A stretch of 64,000 nt of DNA from Candidatus Bruticola sp. GTDB lineage: Bacteria; Vulcanimicrobiota; Xenobia; Xenobiales; Xenobiaceae. The stretch covers positions 231,465-295,464 of the forward strand of contig JBJEGC010000007.1 in NCBI GenBank assembly GCA_051874695.1, written 5' to 3'. This document shows positions 17,289 to 30,630 of this stretch, in pieces. Both the position numbers and the translations under genes were made by a program. Within the stretch, counting starts at the first letter, position 1. Each line of letters starts with the position of its first letter. A model generated the notes under the pieces. That model was given only the letters and a program-made list of their open reading frames with translations. It was not told the origin of the DNA and did not search any database.

Positions 17289-19319
17289 ATGTACGATTTC
17301 TCCTTTGGGTCAAATCTCAGCAGAAGAGTGGCGGCTTTTTGTTTTATTATGGCTTTGGGGGGAACTGCACAGGCTCAGTCGGTGAATCCTTCTGCCGACA
17401 CTGTTTTCAGGCAAGACACTTCCTATCGTCAGGCTGCGGTTTGTAAAGAGGCTGACGAGTTTCTGGCTGCTGCCGATCAACCGGAAATTCAGTTGCGCGT
17501 TAACAAGAAAAATGTGACTGCTGCTGCCGGAACTCCAGAGTATGACTATCAGCTGGCCCAAAAATATTACAACGAAAAGGTTTATTCTAAGGCTATTAAG
17601 TTTTTCACTCAGGCTGCCGAAAGCGGTCATGTTGGAGCTCAGAGCTTCTTGGGAAAGTGCTATTACGAAGGTGATGGGGTTGAGCGCGATTACGATAAAG
17701 CTGCAGAGTGGCTTTCAAAAGCTGCCGATCAAGACGACCACACCGCTCAATATTACATGGGACTTTGTTATGAAAATGGCTTGGGAGTAGAGCAAAATTA
17801 CAGTTCTGCGGCTAGTTATTATGAAAGCGCTGCTTTTGGCGGTGTTCCCGAAGCTCAAAATAATTTAGGACGCTACTATTATTTCGGTCGTGGCGTAGAG
17901 CGTGATTATCAGCAAGCTGCTGCTTGGTTTTTAAGGGCTGCCAATCAAAAGCTCCCCAACGCCATGTATAACTTAGGAGTTTGTTACGACTTGGGCCAGG
18001 GAGTAGAAAAAGATCAGCAGAAGGCTATCGACCTTTATTTCAGAGCTGCCAACGCCGGTGAAGCTAGTGCTCAGTGTAACTTAGGCATGTGCTACAGCTC
18101 CGGATCCGGTGTAGAGAAAAATTTAAATAAGGCCTTTTCCTGGTACCAGCGGGCGGCCTTCAATGGAAATACTAAAGCTCAAAACAACTTAGGCGTGTGT
18201 TATAAGAACGGTGAGGGCGTGCAGCGCAATTCTCGTGAAGCCGCTCGCCTTTTCATTGCCGCAGCAGATAAAGGCCTAGCTGGAGCTCAATATAATGCTG
18301 GGTGGTCATATTTGAACGGCTTTGGTGTCGGACGCGATTATAAGAAAGCTTTTGAGTATTTTTCCAGGGCCGCGGCTCAGAATTATCCCAAAGCCCAGCT
18401 TCAGCTGGCCAACTTATATTATAAAGGGTGCGGTACCGAGCAAAACTATACTGAGGCCGCCCGTTGGTATGCTATGGCTTCCGAATATGGTATTCCTTCT
18501 GCAAAATACTATTTGGGGCGATGCTACGCTTTGGGCCAGGGTGAGAACAAAGACATGGGCAAAGCAGTTGAGCTTTATGCTGAAGCCGCCGAAGGTGGCG
18601 ATGGAGAAGCGCAGACCCAGCTCGGGCTTTGTTACAGAAACGGTACTATCGTATCTCAAGATTATGCCGAAGCGGCTAAATTGTTTGAAAAGGCCGCCGC
18701 TCAAAATATCACCGAGGCCCAAGCCTATTTAGGAGTAGCTTACCTTCTGGGTGAGGGGGTTAAGGCCGACTATCAGGCCGCCCATAAGCTTTTTTCTAAA
18801 GCGGCCGATAAAGGCAATATTTTAGCTGATTATGCTCTGGGCTGCATGTTTTACGAGGGGCTGGGGGTGCAGAAAAATTTCAGTCGCAGTATAACACATT
18901 GGAACAATGTAGCCCGCAGCGGTTATGCAGAGGCTCAAAATAATTTGGGATACTGTTACTATTACGGACGTGCTAACGAGCAAAATGAGCAGAAGGCCTT
19001 AAAGTGGTGGCGACGGGCGGCTGATCAAGGCTGGGCCAATGCCGAAAACGCTGTGGGAGCTGCCTACTTTACGGGCATGGTAGTTAGTGTAAATTATCCC
19101 GTTGCTCAAGAGTGGTTCCAGAAAGCTGCAGAACATGGTGATCCGGAGGGACAAGAAAATCTTGCCCTGCTTCAGGGAGTAGACTTGGAGCAAATGGCCT
19201 CTTTAACCGAGCGCATAGCTTTTAAGTTTAACTATATCCCCGCTTCGGACATAGAAAAGTTTATTAAGGCATATGAAAACAGAGTAAAATCGGCAGAAGC
19301 GGCTGAGGAAGAAGTCTAG
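17289..19319 (+). CDS. Secreted Sel1-repeat (SLR/TPR-like) protein
   Basis: About 17 consecutive Sel1 units (e.g. AAEWLSKAADQDDHTAQYYMGLCYENGLGVEQNY). I prefer ATG 17289 because it gives a signal peptide (RRVAAFCFIMALGGTAQAQ). The track ORF starts at GTG 17247. Confidence 0.85.
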   Translation: MYDFSFGSNLSRRVAAFCFIMALGGTAQAQSVNPSADTVFRQDTSYRQAAVCKEADEFLAAADQPEIQLRVNKKNVTAAAGTPEYDYQLAQKYYNEKVYSKAIKFFTQAAESGHVGAQSFLGKCYYEGDGVERDYDKAAEWLSKAADQDDHTAQYYMGLCYENGLGVEQNYSSAASYYESAAFGGVPEAQNNLGRYYYFGRGVERDYQQAAAWFLRAANQKLPNAMYNLGVCYDLGQGVEKDQQKAIDLYFRAANAGEASAQCNLGMCYSSGSGVEKNLNKAFSWYQRAAFNGNTKAQNNLGVCYKNGEGVQRNSREAARLFIAAADKGLAGAQYNAGWSYLNGFGVGRDYKKAFEYFSRAAAQNYPKAQLQLANLYYKGCGTEQNYTEAARWYAMASEYGIPSAKYYLGRCYALGQGENKDMGKAVELYAEAAEGGDGEAQTQLGLCYRNGTIVSQDYAEAAKLFEKAAAQNITEAQAYLGVAYLLGEGVKADYQAAHKLFSKAADKGNILADYALGCMFYEGLGVQKNFSRSITHWNNVARSGYAEAQNNLGYCYYYGRANEQNEQKALKWWRRAADQGWANAENAVGAAYFTGMVVSVNYPVAQEWFQKAAEHGDPEGQENLALLQGVDLEQMASLTERIAFKFNYIPASDIEKFIKAYENRVKSAEAAEEEV

Positions 19320-19325
19320 GTCTTT

Positions 19326-19898
19326 ATGGAAAAGGACATTAATTTATCAGAATTTGACAAGATGCGCTCGGGACTAGCTTATGATCCTCTCGATGCCGAT
19401 CTTTTATGCCGCCGTAAACGTGCCTTCAATTTGACTGAACGCTTCAATGTTTTATCTCCTTTTGGCAGTAAAGAACGAGAGCAGGTCGCTTCTGAGCTGT
19501 TCGCCTCTATAGGAGTTGAAACGTGCATTATGCCCCGCTTTTCTTGCGATTATGGAGAAAATATATACTTGGGCAGCCGGTGTTATATCAATTACAATTG
19601 TGTTATGCTGGACTGTGCGTCTATTTCTCTTGGAGACGGTGTCCTGATCGGGCCAAATTGCGGTTTGTATACGGCTATTCACCCTTTAAACAGCGGGTTG
19701 CGTCTACAGGGAATTGAAATGGCCAAACCTATTAAGGTCGGTGATGGCGTGTGGCTGGGTGGAAATGTTACAATTCTGCCGGGTGTATCTATCGGAGAAT
19801 ATTCCGTAATTGGTGCTGGAAGTGTGGTTACCAAAGATATACCTTCCCGAGTATTGGCCTACGGGAACCCATGCCGGGTCATAAAAGAACTAGGTTAG
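19326..19898 (+). CDS. Maltose/galactoside-type sugar O-acetyltransferase (hexapeptide family)
   Basis: 190-aa ORF with a Mac-like N-terminus (MRSGLAYDPLDADL). The hexapeptide region has the typical GDGVWLGGNVTILPGVSIGEYSVIGAGSVVTKDIP and a C-terminal GNPCRVIK. Confidence 0.85.
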   Translation: MEKDINLSEFDKMRSGLAYDPLDADLLCRRKRAFNLTERFNVLSPFGSKEREQVASELFASIGVETCIMPRFSCDYGENIYLGSRCYINYNCVMLDCASISLGDGVLIGPNCGLYTAIHPLNSGLRLQGIEMAKPIKVGDGVWLGGNVTILPGVSIGEYSVIGAGSVVTKDIPSRVLAYGNPCRVIKELG

Positions 19899-19986
19899 TC
19901 AATATTTATATTCTATATATGTTTTCGGAAAAGCCGCAGCTTGTTAGCTGCGGCTCAATTTTGTTTAAGGGAATATTTTCTTTGTT

Positions 19987-20697
19987 ATGTTAGTCGGTTC
20001 TATTACAAATGCTGTTTCTGTTGTTGTCGGATCTGCTTTGGGATTGCTTTTCAAAAAAGGCATATCCAAGCATTTTAACAAGACCATTATGGGGGGATTA
20101 GGGCTGTGCCTTCTCTATATAGGCATAAGTGGCTTAAGCTCAGGTAAGCAGCCTTTGCTTATCATTATGTCTATAGTTTTTGGCGCCTTGATAGGAGAAG
20201 CTTTGCGATTAAATACGCGGTTGGAAAGGGTAGGAACGCTAATTGGACGCAGATTCGCTGGAGGTAGCCTGTCCGGTCATACTTTTTCGCAGGGATTTGT
20301 CTCGGCATCACTTTTTTACTGCATAGGCTCCATGGCGTTTATGGGAGCCCTTCAAGACGGATTGTGCGGCGACCATAAAATATTGTTTGCTAAGTCGGCT
20401 ATCGATGTTACTTCCTCAGTGTTTTTTGCCTCCAGTATGGGAGCTGGCGTCGCTTTATCAGCTTTGCCCATTTTCTTGGTTGAAGGAGGAATTGCCGCTT
20501 GTGCAGGTCTGGCCGCTCCATTTTTAACTCCTGCAGCTATTGGAGAATTGAATTGTGTTGGTTCTGTGATAGTGATAGGCATCGGATTAAATATGCTGGA
20601 TATTACTAAACTAAAGCTGGCTAATTATATTCCGGCCGTATTTTTTCCGTTTATACTTAGCCCTATTTTCGCTTATTTCGCTAATTTGTTTCAGTAA
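19987..20697 (+). CDS. DUF554-family membrane protein (YdfK/YqgA-like)
   Basis: 236-aa polytopic ORF with N-terminus GSITNAVSVVVGSALGLLFKKGI and the internal CIGSMAFMGALQDGL pattern typical of DUF554. Confidence 0.75.
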   Translation: MLVGSITNAVSVVVGSALGLLFKKGISKHFNKTIMGGLGLCLLYIGISGLSSGKQPLLIIMSIVFGALIGEALRLNTRLERVGTLIGRRFAGGSLSGHTFSQGFVSASLFYCIGSMAFMGALQDGLCGDHKILFAKSAIDVTSSVFFASSMGAGVALSALPIFLVEGGIAACAGLAAPFLTPAAIGELNCVGSVIVIGIGLNMLDITKLKLANYIPAVFFPFILSPIFAYFANLFQ

Positions 20698-20753
20698 AAA
20701 AAAGAGGGAAGGAATAAAAGTCCTTTTTTTTTGATTAGTTTTCCTTCTTTAGG

Positions 20754-20782
20754 TTGACTTCTGAGTCAACTGTGGTGATAAT
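20754..20782 (+). promoter_or_regulatory. Sigma70-type promoter TTGACT-17-GATAAT; the -35 lies inside a 16-nt palindrome
   Basis: TTGACT at 20754-20759, a 17-nt spacer, then GATAAT at 20777-20782. TTGACTTCTGAGTCAA (20754-20769) is an inverted repeat overlapping the -35. Lies ~130 nt upstream of the 20915 ATG. Confidence 0.5.
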
Positions 20783-20914
20783 TGAGGCAAGGAATTAGAG
20801 AGGTTGGCAAAGCTCACACAAAAGTGTCTAGGTCAACTCAGAGGTAGCCGCGTTGCTTAGTGAGTCGCTGTAAGGGCGGCGCAGGCTTTAAGTCTTCAGA
20901 TTGTTGAGGGTCAG

Positions 20915-22012
20915 ATGATTTCACAGCAAGTTAATAATGGTGTTAGTATTCAGTCTCTGCAGAGTGGGCTGGTTTCTTTCCATGGAAGGACTGGAGTATA
21001 TCGAGCTTTGTCCGGTATCAGCAAAGGATTGGTAGGCGCTGAGTCTGCGTCCGCTTCAGCCGGTTCTAATTCCAGCGCCAGTTTGGAAGCCACAGGTAGT
21101 GTTTCCAACTTGCTTGGAACCAATTCAAGTAACGCCTCTTCTTCTGCTGATAACTTAACTAGAGCCAACGAGAATAGGCTGAATAACAGTTTTAATCCGT
21201 TAGATCCCGAAGGCAATGCCAATCGCGAGATAGACTGCAGCTTCAGTGCCATTTCCGATTATTCAAGAGATTGGACCGAGAGTCTGCTTAGTGTTTACCG
21301 CGACGAAAACAGCAGTAACTCCGCCACTCTTCAGAATTATTTAAATAGCTGCAGTAGCGTTTACGGCGATTTCGTACCTACGCAGGCCGGACAGTTCTCT
21401 CAGTATTATCAAAATTTAACTGGTGCTAAGCCCGGTTGCGGTTTCGATCCCGGCGCCTATTCCCAGAGTTGCCCCACTTGCGGAAGCTCCTTGTCCGGCT
21501 CCAAACCCGGTTCTGTGTCCTACTTCCAGTCTACCTTACCGTCTCTCAATAATACAGAAATGTCCCTTCCTCCGGCAGGAAGTATCGGTTCTAAAAATGG
21601 TCTCGGCGACGACTTCGATATCTTTGGAACCAATTCTATCGCTTATGAGGGGCTGGCTTCACTCTACCAGAACGATTTTGTGAACTTCGATAATCAGAGT
21701 TTCGGCCTCACCGATAGCGTACCTAGTTTTGATACTTCTGCTTACATGCAGCAAATTCAAGAAATGTACAGCGAAGGTTACGCTTCCATGGCCTCTGATT
21801 ATATGGCTGCTTGCGGTTTAGACAGCAATTCTACTTATGACATTAACTCTTATCTGCAAGACGCCCAGACCACGGCTATGTCCACCAGTCAGCTGATTGA
21901 GAAGTATAATTCTCAAATGACTGACGGCATACTTTCCTCTTCTGAGTTGCAGGCCATGTATGAGAAAGCTGTATCTGCTAATGGCGTTTTCGCCGGATCT
22001 TTCTTGGCTTAG
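20915..22012 (+). CDS. Ser/Asn-rich low-complexity protein, function unknown
   Basis: 365-aa ORF with an RBS-like GAGGG upstream. It has no signal peptide or TM segment and I recognise no family. Confidence 0.55.
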   Translation: MISQQVNNGVSIQSLQSGLVSFHGRTGVYRALSGISKGLVGAESASASAGSNSSASLEATGSVSNLLGTNSSNASSSADNLTRANENRLNNSFNPLDPEGNANREIDCSFSAISDYSRDWTESLLSVYRDENSSNSATLQNYLNSCSSVYGDFVPTQAGQFSQYYQNLTGAKPGCGFDPGAYSQSCPTCGSSLSGSKPGSVSYFQSTLPSLNNTEMSLPPAGSIGSKNGLGDDFDIFGTNSIAYEGLASLYQNDFVNFDNQSFGLTDSVPSFDTSAYMQQIQEMYSEGYASMASDYMAACGLDSNSTYDINSYLQDAQTTAMSTSQLIEKYNSQMTDGILSSSELQAMYEKAVSANGVFAGSFLA

Positions 22013-22052
22013 CACCAAGTTTTGTTAACTCTGGCTCGAGTGCTCGGAGTGT

Positions 22053-22107
22053 AAAACGGCCCGCCTGTGTGTTAAGGGGCATTGGCAACACGCAGGCGGG
22101 CCGTTTT
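22053..22107. terminator. Bidirectional intrinsic terminator
   Basis: AAAACGGCCCGCCTG...CAGGCGGGCCGTTTT forms a GC-rich stem with an A-tract before and a T-tract after. Sits between convergent genes. Confidence 0.7.
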
Positions 22108-22123
22108 TAGGTTCTGAGTAAAG

Positions 22124-22804
22124 TTACTGGTTGTTGGCCTGCGATTCAAATTTCAAGCAGCACATTAGACGTCCGCAGGCTCCTGACACTTTGCCAGGAG
22201 TAAGAGGCATCTTCTGAGTTTTAGCCATTTTTATTGAGACAGAGGAAAAATCACGCAGCCAGGCGGAGCAACATAAACGACGACAACATACTCCGCGTCC
22301 TCCTATCAGAATAGCTCTGTCTCTTGGACCGATTTGGCGTAGTTCAACTCGTTTTTTTAACCGAGCTGCCAGATCGTGAACTAAAACTCGGAAATCTACT
22401 CGTTGCTCAGCGTAAAATTCTATAATTATGCGGGTGCCGTCTAGAGTAATAGAGGCCGATAAAATATGCATGGGCAGTTTATGATGTACAATTCTGGCCT
22501 TAATAATTTTCAGAGCTTGAGCGGCTTGTAATTCATGTTCTTTGGCTAGAATTATGTTTTCTTTCGAAGCTGGTCCCACAATAATGTTAGGGGAGTTTTG
22601 CTTATTGGGGCTACTGAGAGTTTCGAGCTTATTTGGCAAACTGTCGCTGTAAATAGGAGGAGCTGCAGAAATTATGCCCAGTTCTCGGCCGCGGGCACTT
22701 TCAGTTATAACTCTTTGGTTGGGTTTGTAATCAGCTCCATCAGTAGCTTCGAAAAAGGCCGGAGCTTTTATGGCAGGCAAAATAACTTCATAATATTTTT
22801 TCAT
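22124..22804 (-). CDS. PSP1-domain protein (RicT/YaaT-like)
   Basis: 226-aa ORF with a PSP1 C-terminal domain pattern (RIIIEFYAEQRVDFRVLVHDLAARLKKRVELRQIGPRD). Has a Cys-rich tail (GVCCRRLCCSAWL, CGRLMCCLKFE). Confidence 0.8.
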   Translation of the reverse strand: MKKYYEVILPAIKAPAFFEATDGADYKPNQRVITESARGRELGIISAAPPIYSDSLPNKLETLSSPNKQNSPNIIVGPASKENIILAKEHELQAAQALKIIKARIVHHKLPMHILSASITLDGTRIIIEFYAEQRVDFRVLVHDLAARLKKRVELRQIGPRDRAILIGGRGVCCRRLCCSAWLRDFSSVSIKMAKTQKMPLTPGKVSGACGRLMCCLKFESQANNQ

Positions 22805-23057
22805 TGGTTGAAACTTTCGTTAGATTGGCCATTAAGTTTTGCTGTCTGCCGACAGTATAACTTGCTGGTAACGTTTGATTTTGTTTTTCAACAGGCATCG
22901 CCCATCATATTATACTGTTCTTGAGGGCTAATTGTTTTAATAACTGTTTGCTGTAGAAGTTTTAGTATTGCCGGGGAAGGGCTACAGGGAGAGTTAGCTA
23001 GAAGTACAAGCGGTGCCGAAAATTTATTAATTATATGTTTGACGGAGGTTATGTTTT

Positions 23058-25034
23058 ATGAGCAAGTACGCTGCCTACGCTGCCATTGCTTTAGTTTTAG
23101 CTTTGGGGACTCCCTGCTTTTCTGCTCCTGATGGCGCCGGCCGCACGGCAAAAGCCGCAGGAACCAGCACTAATGCTTCTTTTGTGCCCGATTCCAATAT
23201 GTCCAGGAGTCAAATTCCGGATCGCTACAAGTGGAATTTGTCCGCTCTTTTTGAGAGTGAAGCCGATTTTGAAGATGCTTTAGTAAAAACTAAAGAAGGT
23301 ATAGAGTCTATAATTTCTTACCGCGGCAAGTTGGATGACAGCGATGCTCTATACAGCTGTATGCAGGCCTATTTTGATACACGCCGATTGGCTAACAGCG
23401 TTACTTTATACAGCAATTTGCGTTTAACTACTGATTTACGCAACGCTAAGCTTCAGGATATGGATGCCAGAGCTCAGGCCGCTATGCGTAGTTTTATGGC
23501 TAACACTGCTTTTATTCGCGATGAACTTTTGAAAATAGATAGCAGTGTAATAGACAAGGCTGCTACCGATCATGCGTCTATGCAAGAATTCCTCCCTTGG
23601 ATCACAGGAGTGCGCCGTCGTCAAGCTCATATTCTTTCTCCTGAAGAAGAGCGTATTCTCTCTTTAGCCGGAGATAATCAATTAGCTGAAATAGATCTAA
23701 ACGAACTGCCTTCCGATTTTGAAAAAGCTTTCCAATCGCTTTACTCTGATATTAAGCTTCCGGTTATTCAGGATGAGAACGGCCGCGATGTACAGCTCAC
23801 TTTCTCCAACTATGGCAAGTACAGAGCCAGCAAAGATCGCCGAGTGCGTAAAGATACAGTTGAAAAATTCTTTGGAGCTCTCAATGATTATCGCAATACT
23901 TTCGCTTCTCTTATGGCCGGTCAGGTTCGTTTCTCTTCATTCCTGGCTCAGTCTCGCGGTTACGATTCCGCTTTGCAGGCCTATTTGGACAAAGATAATA
24001 TTCCGGAGCAGGTCTACCGCAATGTAGTTGATACCGTCAAGGATAATACTAAGCCGCTGCACCGTTATATATCATTGCGCAAGAAAGTTATGGGGCTGCA
24101 GGATATTCATCTTTACGATCTTTATACTCCTTTGGTACCTGCAGTAAGCCGCGATATTCCTTATGAAGAAGCCTGCCGAATTATTCCTAAAGCCTTGGCT
24201 CCTCTGGGCGAGGATTATGTAAAATCTCTGACTTACGGCCTCGATTTAAATAACGGCTGGGTCGATGTCTATCCTCATGCTGATAAAGATAGCGGAGCCA
24301 GTTGCGCCAGTATTTACGGTTGCCATCCTTTCGTTAAGCTCAATTATATGAACTCGTTTAACGATATGTCGACCGTAGCTCACGAGTTCGGTCACGCCAT
24401 GCACAGCAACTTGAATTATGCTAAGCAGAGCTACAGCAACGCTGGCTACGTACCTTTTGTGGCCGAAGTAGCTTCAACTTGTAATGAAAAATTTTTATCC
24501 GACTATCTGATTGCTAATGCCAAAGACGATGCCGAGCGTCTCTATCTTATAAACGAAATGCTCGATGCCATCAGATCTACTATTTATCGCCAGGCTCTGT
24601 TTGCCGATTTCGAGATGCGCATTCATGAAGCCAGTGAAAAAGGGCAGACCTTAACGGCTGACTTCCTCAATAAAACTTATGCCGATTTGATTCGCGAGTA
24701 TTACGGAGCTGAGTTTACAATCGATGCCAACGACGGTATTGAATGGGCTTACATCCCCCATCTTTACTATAAGTTCTACGTTTTCTCTTATGCTGCAGGT
24801 ATGTCCAGTGGCATAGCCATTGCCGATAAAGTACACAATGAAGGAGAGCCTGCCCGCAAGGCTTATTTAGATATGCTCTCTAGCAGTTCTGCTACTCCTC
24901 CGGTCGATATCTTGAAAATAGCCGGTGTAGACCTGACTAAGCCCGATGCCGTAAAATCTGCAGCTGACTTAATGGATAAACTTTTAGACGAAATGGAAGC
25001 TATTTTGGTTAAACAGCATAAAATTAAAAAATAA
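23058..25034 (+). CDS. M3B oligoendopeptidase F-like metallopeptidase with signal peptide
   Basis: 658-aa ORF with the zinc motif VAHEFGHAMH and a downstream Glu region (FVAEVAST). Length and layout fit PepF. The N-terminus AAIALVLALGTPCFSAP looks like an export signal. Confidence 0.85.
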   Translation: MSKYAAYAAIALVLALGTPCFSAPDGAGRTAKAAGTSTNASFVPDSNMSRSQIPDRYKWNLSALFESEADFEDALVKTKEGIESIISYRGKLDDSDALYSCMQAYFDTRRLANSVTLYSNLRLTTDLRNAKLQDMDARAQAAMRSFMANTAFIRDELLKIDSSVIDKAATDHASMQEFLPWITGVRRRQAHILSPEEERILSLAGDNQLAEIDLNELPSDFEKAFQSLYSDIKLPVIQDENGRDVQLTFSNYGKYRASKDRRVRKDTVEKFFGALNDYRNTFASLMAGQVRFSSFLAQSRGYDSALQAYLDKDNIPEQVYRNVVDTVKDNTKPLHRYISLRKKVMGLQDIHLYDLYTPLVPAVSRDIPYEEACRIIPKALAPLGEDYVKSLTYGLDLNNGWVDVYPHADKDSGASCASIYGCHPFVKLNYMNSFNDMSTVAHEFGHAMHSNLNYAKQSYSNAGYVPFVAEVASTCNEKFLSDYLIANAKDDAERLYLINEMLDAIRSTIYRQALFADFEMRIHEASEKGQTLTADFLNKTYADLIREYYGAEFTIDANDGIEWAYIPHLYYKFYVFSYAAGMSSGIAIADKVHNEGEPARKAYLDMLSSSSATPPVDILKIAGVDLTKPDAVKSAADLMDKLLDEMEAILVKQHKIKK

Positions 25035-25057
25035 GTTTTCGGTTTTAACTGTTTAGG

Positions 25058-25097
25058 AAAAGGCGGCTCCGCTTTTGTAGCGAGCCGCCTTTTTTTG
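25058..25097. terminator. Intrinsic terminator hairpin
   Basis: AAAAGGCGGCTC...GAGCCGCCTTTTTTT. Lies between the PepF stop (+) and the stop of the 25186 gene (-). Confidence 0.65.
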
Positions 25098-25185
25098 ATG
25101 GAAGTATACTGGTGCATGAACAGCCACAGGATTGCGGAATAGGCAACTATCTGAGTGCTTTTTCGGCTGTATTCAAAACAACTGC

Positions 25186-26646
25186 TTATAGGTTAGAAGA
25201 ATTGCTAACTTTGAACTGATATAGGCGATCGTTTATTTCGAAATTTTTGCTATTAATATTATAAATTTCGCGCCCGATCTCTCCTAAATTTGGAGCATAG
25301 TAAACTCTATAAGAATTTTCGCCCAATTGACCTTTTTCTTTACCAAAATAGGTCACACGTAGGCAGTCGTCATATGAACCTACTGGCGTATGTACATCGT
25401 AAAGGTTGGAATCTAGCTGATACCACCTGTTTTCAAACATATATGGAGTATCACAAGTAGACAGAGGAGGAATTTGGAGATTCAATTTTATGCCGTCTTT
25501 TGTTTTGTACAGCCGCATGAACGCCTGACTTTCGGCATCGACGAAATCGGTGCCTTTTACCCCCTCTTTATCGGGAGTTATAAGCTGTTCTGGATTGTTG
25601 GGATCGGCAGCCGCACTGCGGCGTCTCCAGTCATATTTTACATGGGCAAAGGGACGAATGTGATGATAATCATACAAGAAGAAGCATTGAGATATATTTT
25701 CTTTTTTTAATTCTTCAGGAACCGCAACTATCATAGTTTTTGAGGCTATGTTAGGAGCCGTCAAGTATAGACCTATTTCTGGCTGCAAAGGGGTGTTGTC
25801 TAGAGAGGGGCGGCTGGTTCTTTCATAAGCGGCCAATATGGTACGAGGATAAAAATCTTTCGTTTGTGGATTGTAAGCGAAAGATAAGACTTCTCCCAAT
25901 TTCGGAGCGTAAAAAGTTATACCGGATCCTTGGCCTAGTTCCTTAGTGGGGCCATAAACACAGACCATTTGGCAATTCTGGAAAACGCCGGCTGGAGTTG
26001 AAACTGTGTAAAGATTATCGGCTGTGCGGTAGAAAATATCGCGATATTTAAAAAATTGTCCGGCTTGGGCCGAAGGGGGCACTTCGCAGCAAACTATATT
26101 CGCTCCGTTAATAAATTTATCTTGAGTGGCTGTACACTGATGCTCCTGATCGAACTTCGTAAAACCTCGCCCTGTAGCTATAGGTACTTCGTAAGGATAT
26201 AATACGCGTCCGCTTTGAGAATTGCGCATAAACTCATAGTGACGGAAGTTGCGCACAGGCTGCTTGTTTTCATCTTGTCTGTTTGTATAAATGTAGCGCC
26301 GAAAAGATAAAACGGTATTTTTAGGATCGAAGTTGCTCTGATTAGGGAAAAGAAAAGTTTTTTGCACTATATCTTCATTTTCCATGTAGGCTGAGGTATT
26401 GCATATGGAAGCGGGGGAATCGTGCTGCTCTTGAAACACGGCGCTGTTTTCGTTCAATTGAGCAGACGTATTTAAATTGGCAACTGCAGGAGACGCATCT
26501 GCTTGGGAAGTCGCAGGTAAGGGAACTGGAGGAGTAATTGCTACCGACTGGGCCGGAGCGGTTAGCAAAATACCGGCATAAACGAATGAAGTCAGCATAA
26601 TTGTCGTCATAGTCGAAGTTTTGCTGCAGACTGCCCGATTCTTCAT
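25186..26646 (-). CDS. Secreted protein with an internal two-domain duplication, function unknown
   Basis: 486-aa ORF with a signal peptide (IMLTSFVYAGILLTAPAQS). Residues ~95-272 and ~320-478 are homologous (see findings). Confidence 0.65.
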   Translation of the reverse strand: MKNRAVCSKTSTMTTIMLTSFVYAGILLTAPAQSVAITPPVPLPATSQADASPAVANLNTSAQLNENSAVFQEQHDSPASICNTSAYMENEDIVQKTFLFPNQSNFDPKNTVLSFRRYIYTNRQDENKQPVRNFRHYEFMRNSQSGRVLYPYEVPIATGRGFTKFDQEHQCTATQDKFINGANIVCCEVPPSAQAGQFFKYRDIFYRTADNLYTVSTPAGVFQNCQMVCVYGPTKELGQGSGITFYAPKLGEVLSFAYNPQTKDFYPRTILAAYERTSRPSLDNTPLQPEIGLYLTAPNIASKTMIVAVPEELKKENISQCFFLYDYHHIRPFAHVKYDWRRRSAAADPNNPEQLITPDKEGVKGTDFVDAESQAFMRLYKTKDGIKLNLQIPPLSTCDTPYMFENRWYQLDSNLYDVHTPVGSYDDCLRVTYFGKEKGQLGENSYRVYYAPNLGEIGREIYNINSKNFEINDRLYQFKVSNSSNL

Positions 26647-26946
26647 TGGTATTCTCTTTTCTTACTTCTTTTTTTTACTTTAATTTTTTAACTACCGGCA
26701 GAATAAATCCCCCTGTTCGGTGGTATTCCTGCTTCCGTCAATGGAATCAAAGACATGCTACAAACTTAATTTTGTCTATATAAAGGAAACTTCTGCAGAA
26801 AACGTGAACGACTTAACGGTTTGGGACTGCGGTCGGCTGTTGTTCCGAGGGGATTTTGTTGCCTGTCCTGTCGGAATCGTTTCTGCCGGTTATCTAATAG
26901 CGGTTCTCAATGTTTTTCCGTTTTCGAAAGGAGCCTTCATTACGCA

Positions 26947-30501
<3,555 letters not shown>

Positions 30502-30630
30502 ACGGCTGTGAATAATGCACCTCCCTTCAGCTTAGCGTTTGGCAGAGCGGGAGGGAGTGTGTGCCGTTCATTTTAAGTATGAGAAGGGCGCTTTGTTGTC
30601 AGAGAGAATCTGCGCAGGGCGCCCGTTTTT

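Noticed and set aside
26821-26946. Track ORF start for PFOR at 26821, which adds 42 N-terminal residues (MGLRSAVVPRGFCCLSCRNRFCRLSN...).
   Set aside because: The extension is Cys/Arg-rich and unlike any PFOR N-terminus. ATG 26947 is preceded by AAAGGAG and gives the canonical MGNVNVAKAIMDANEA start.
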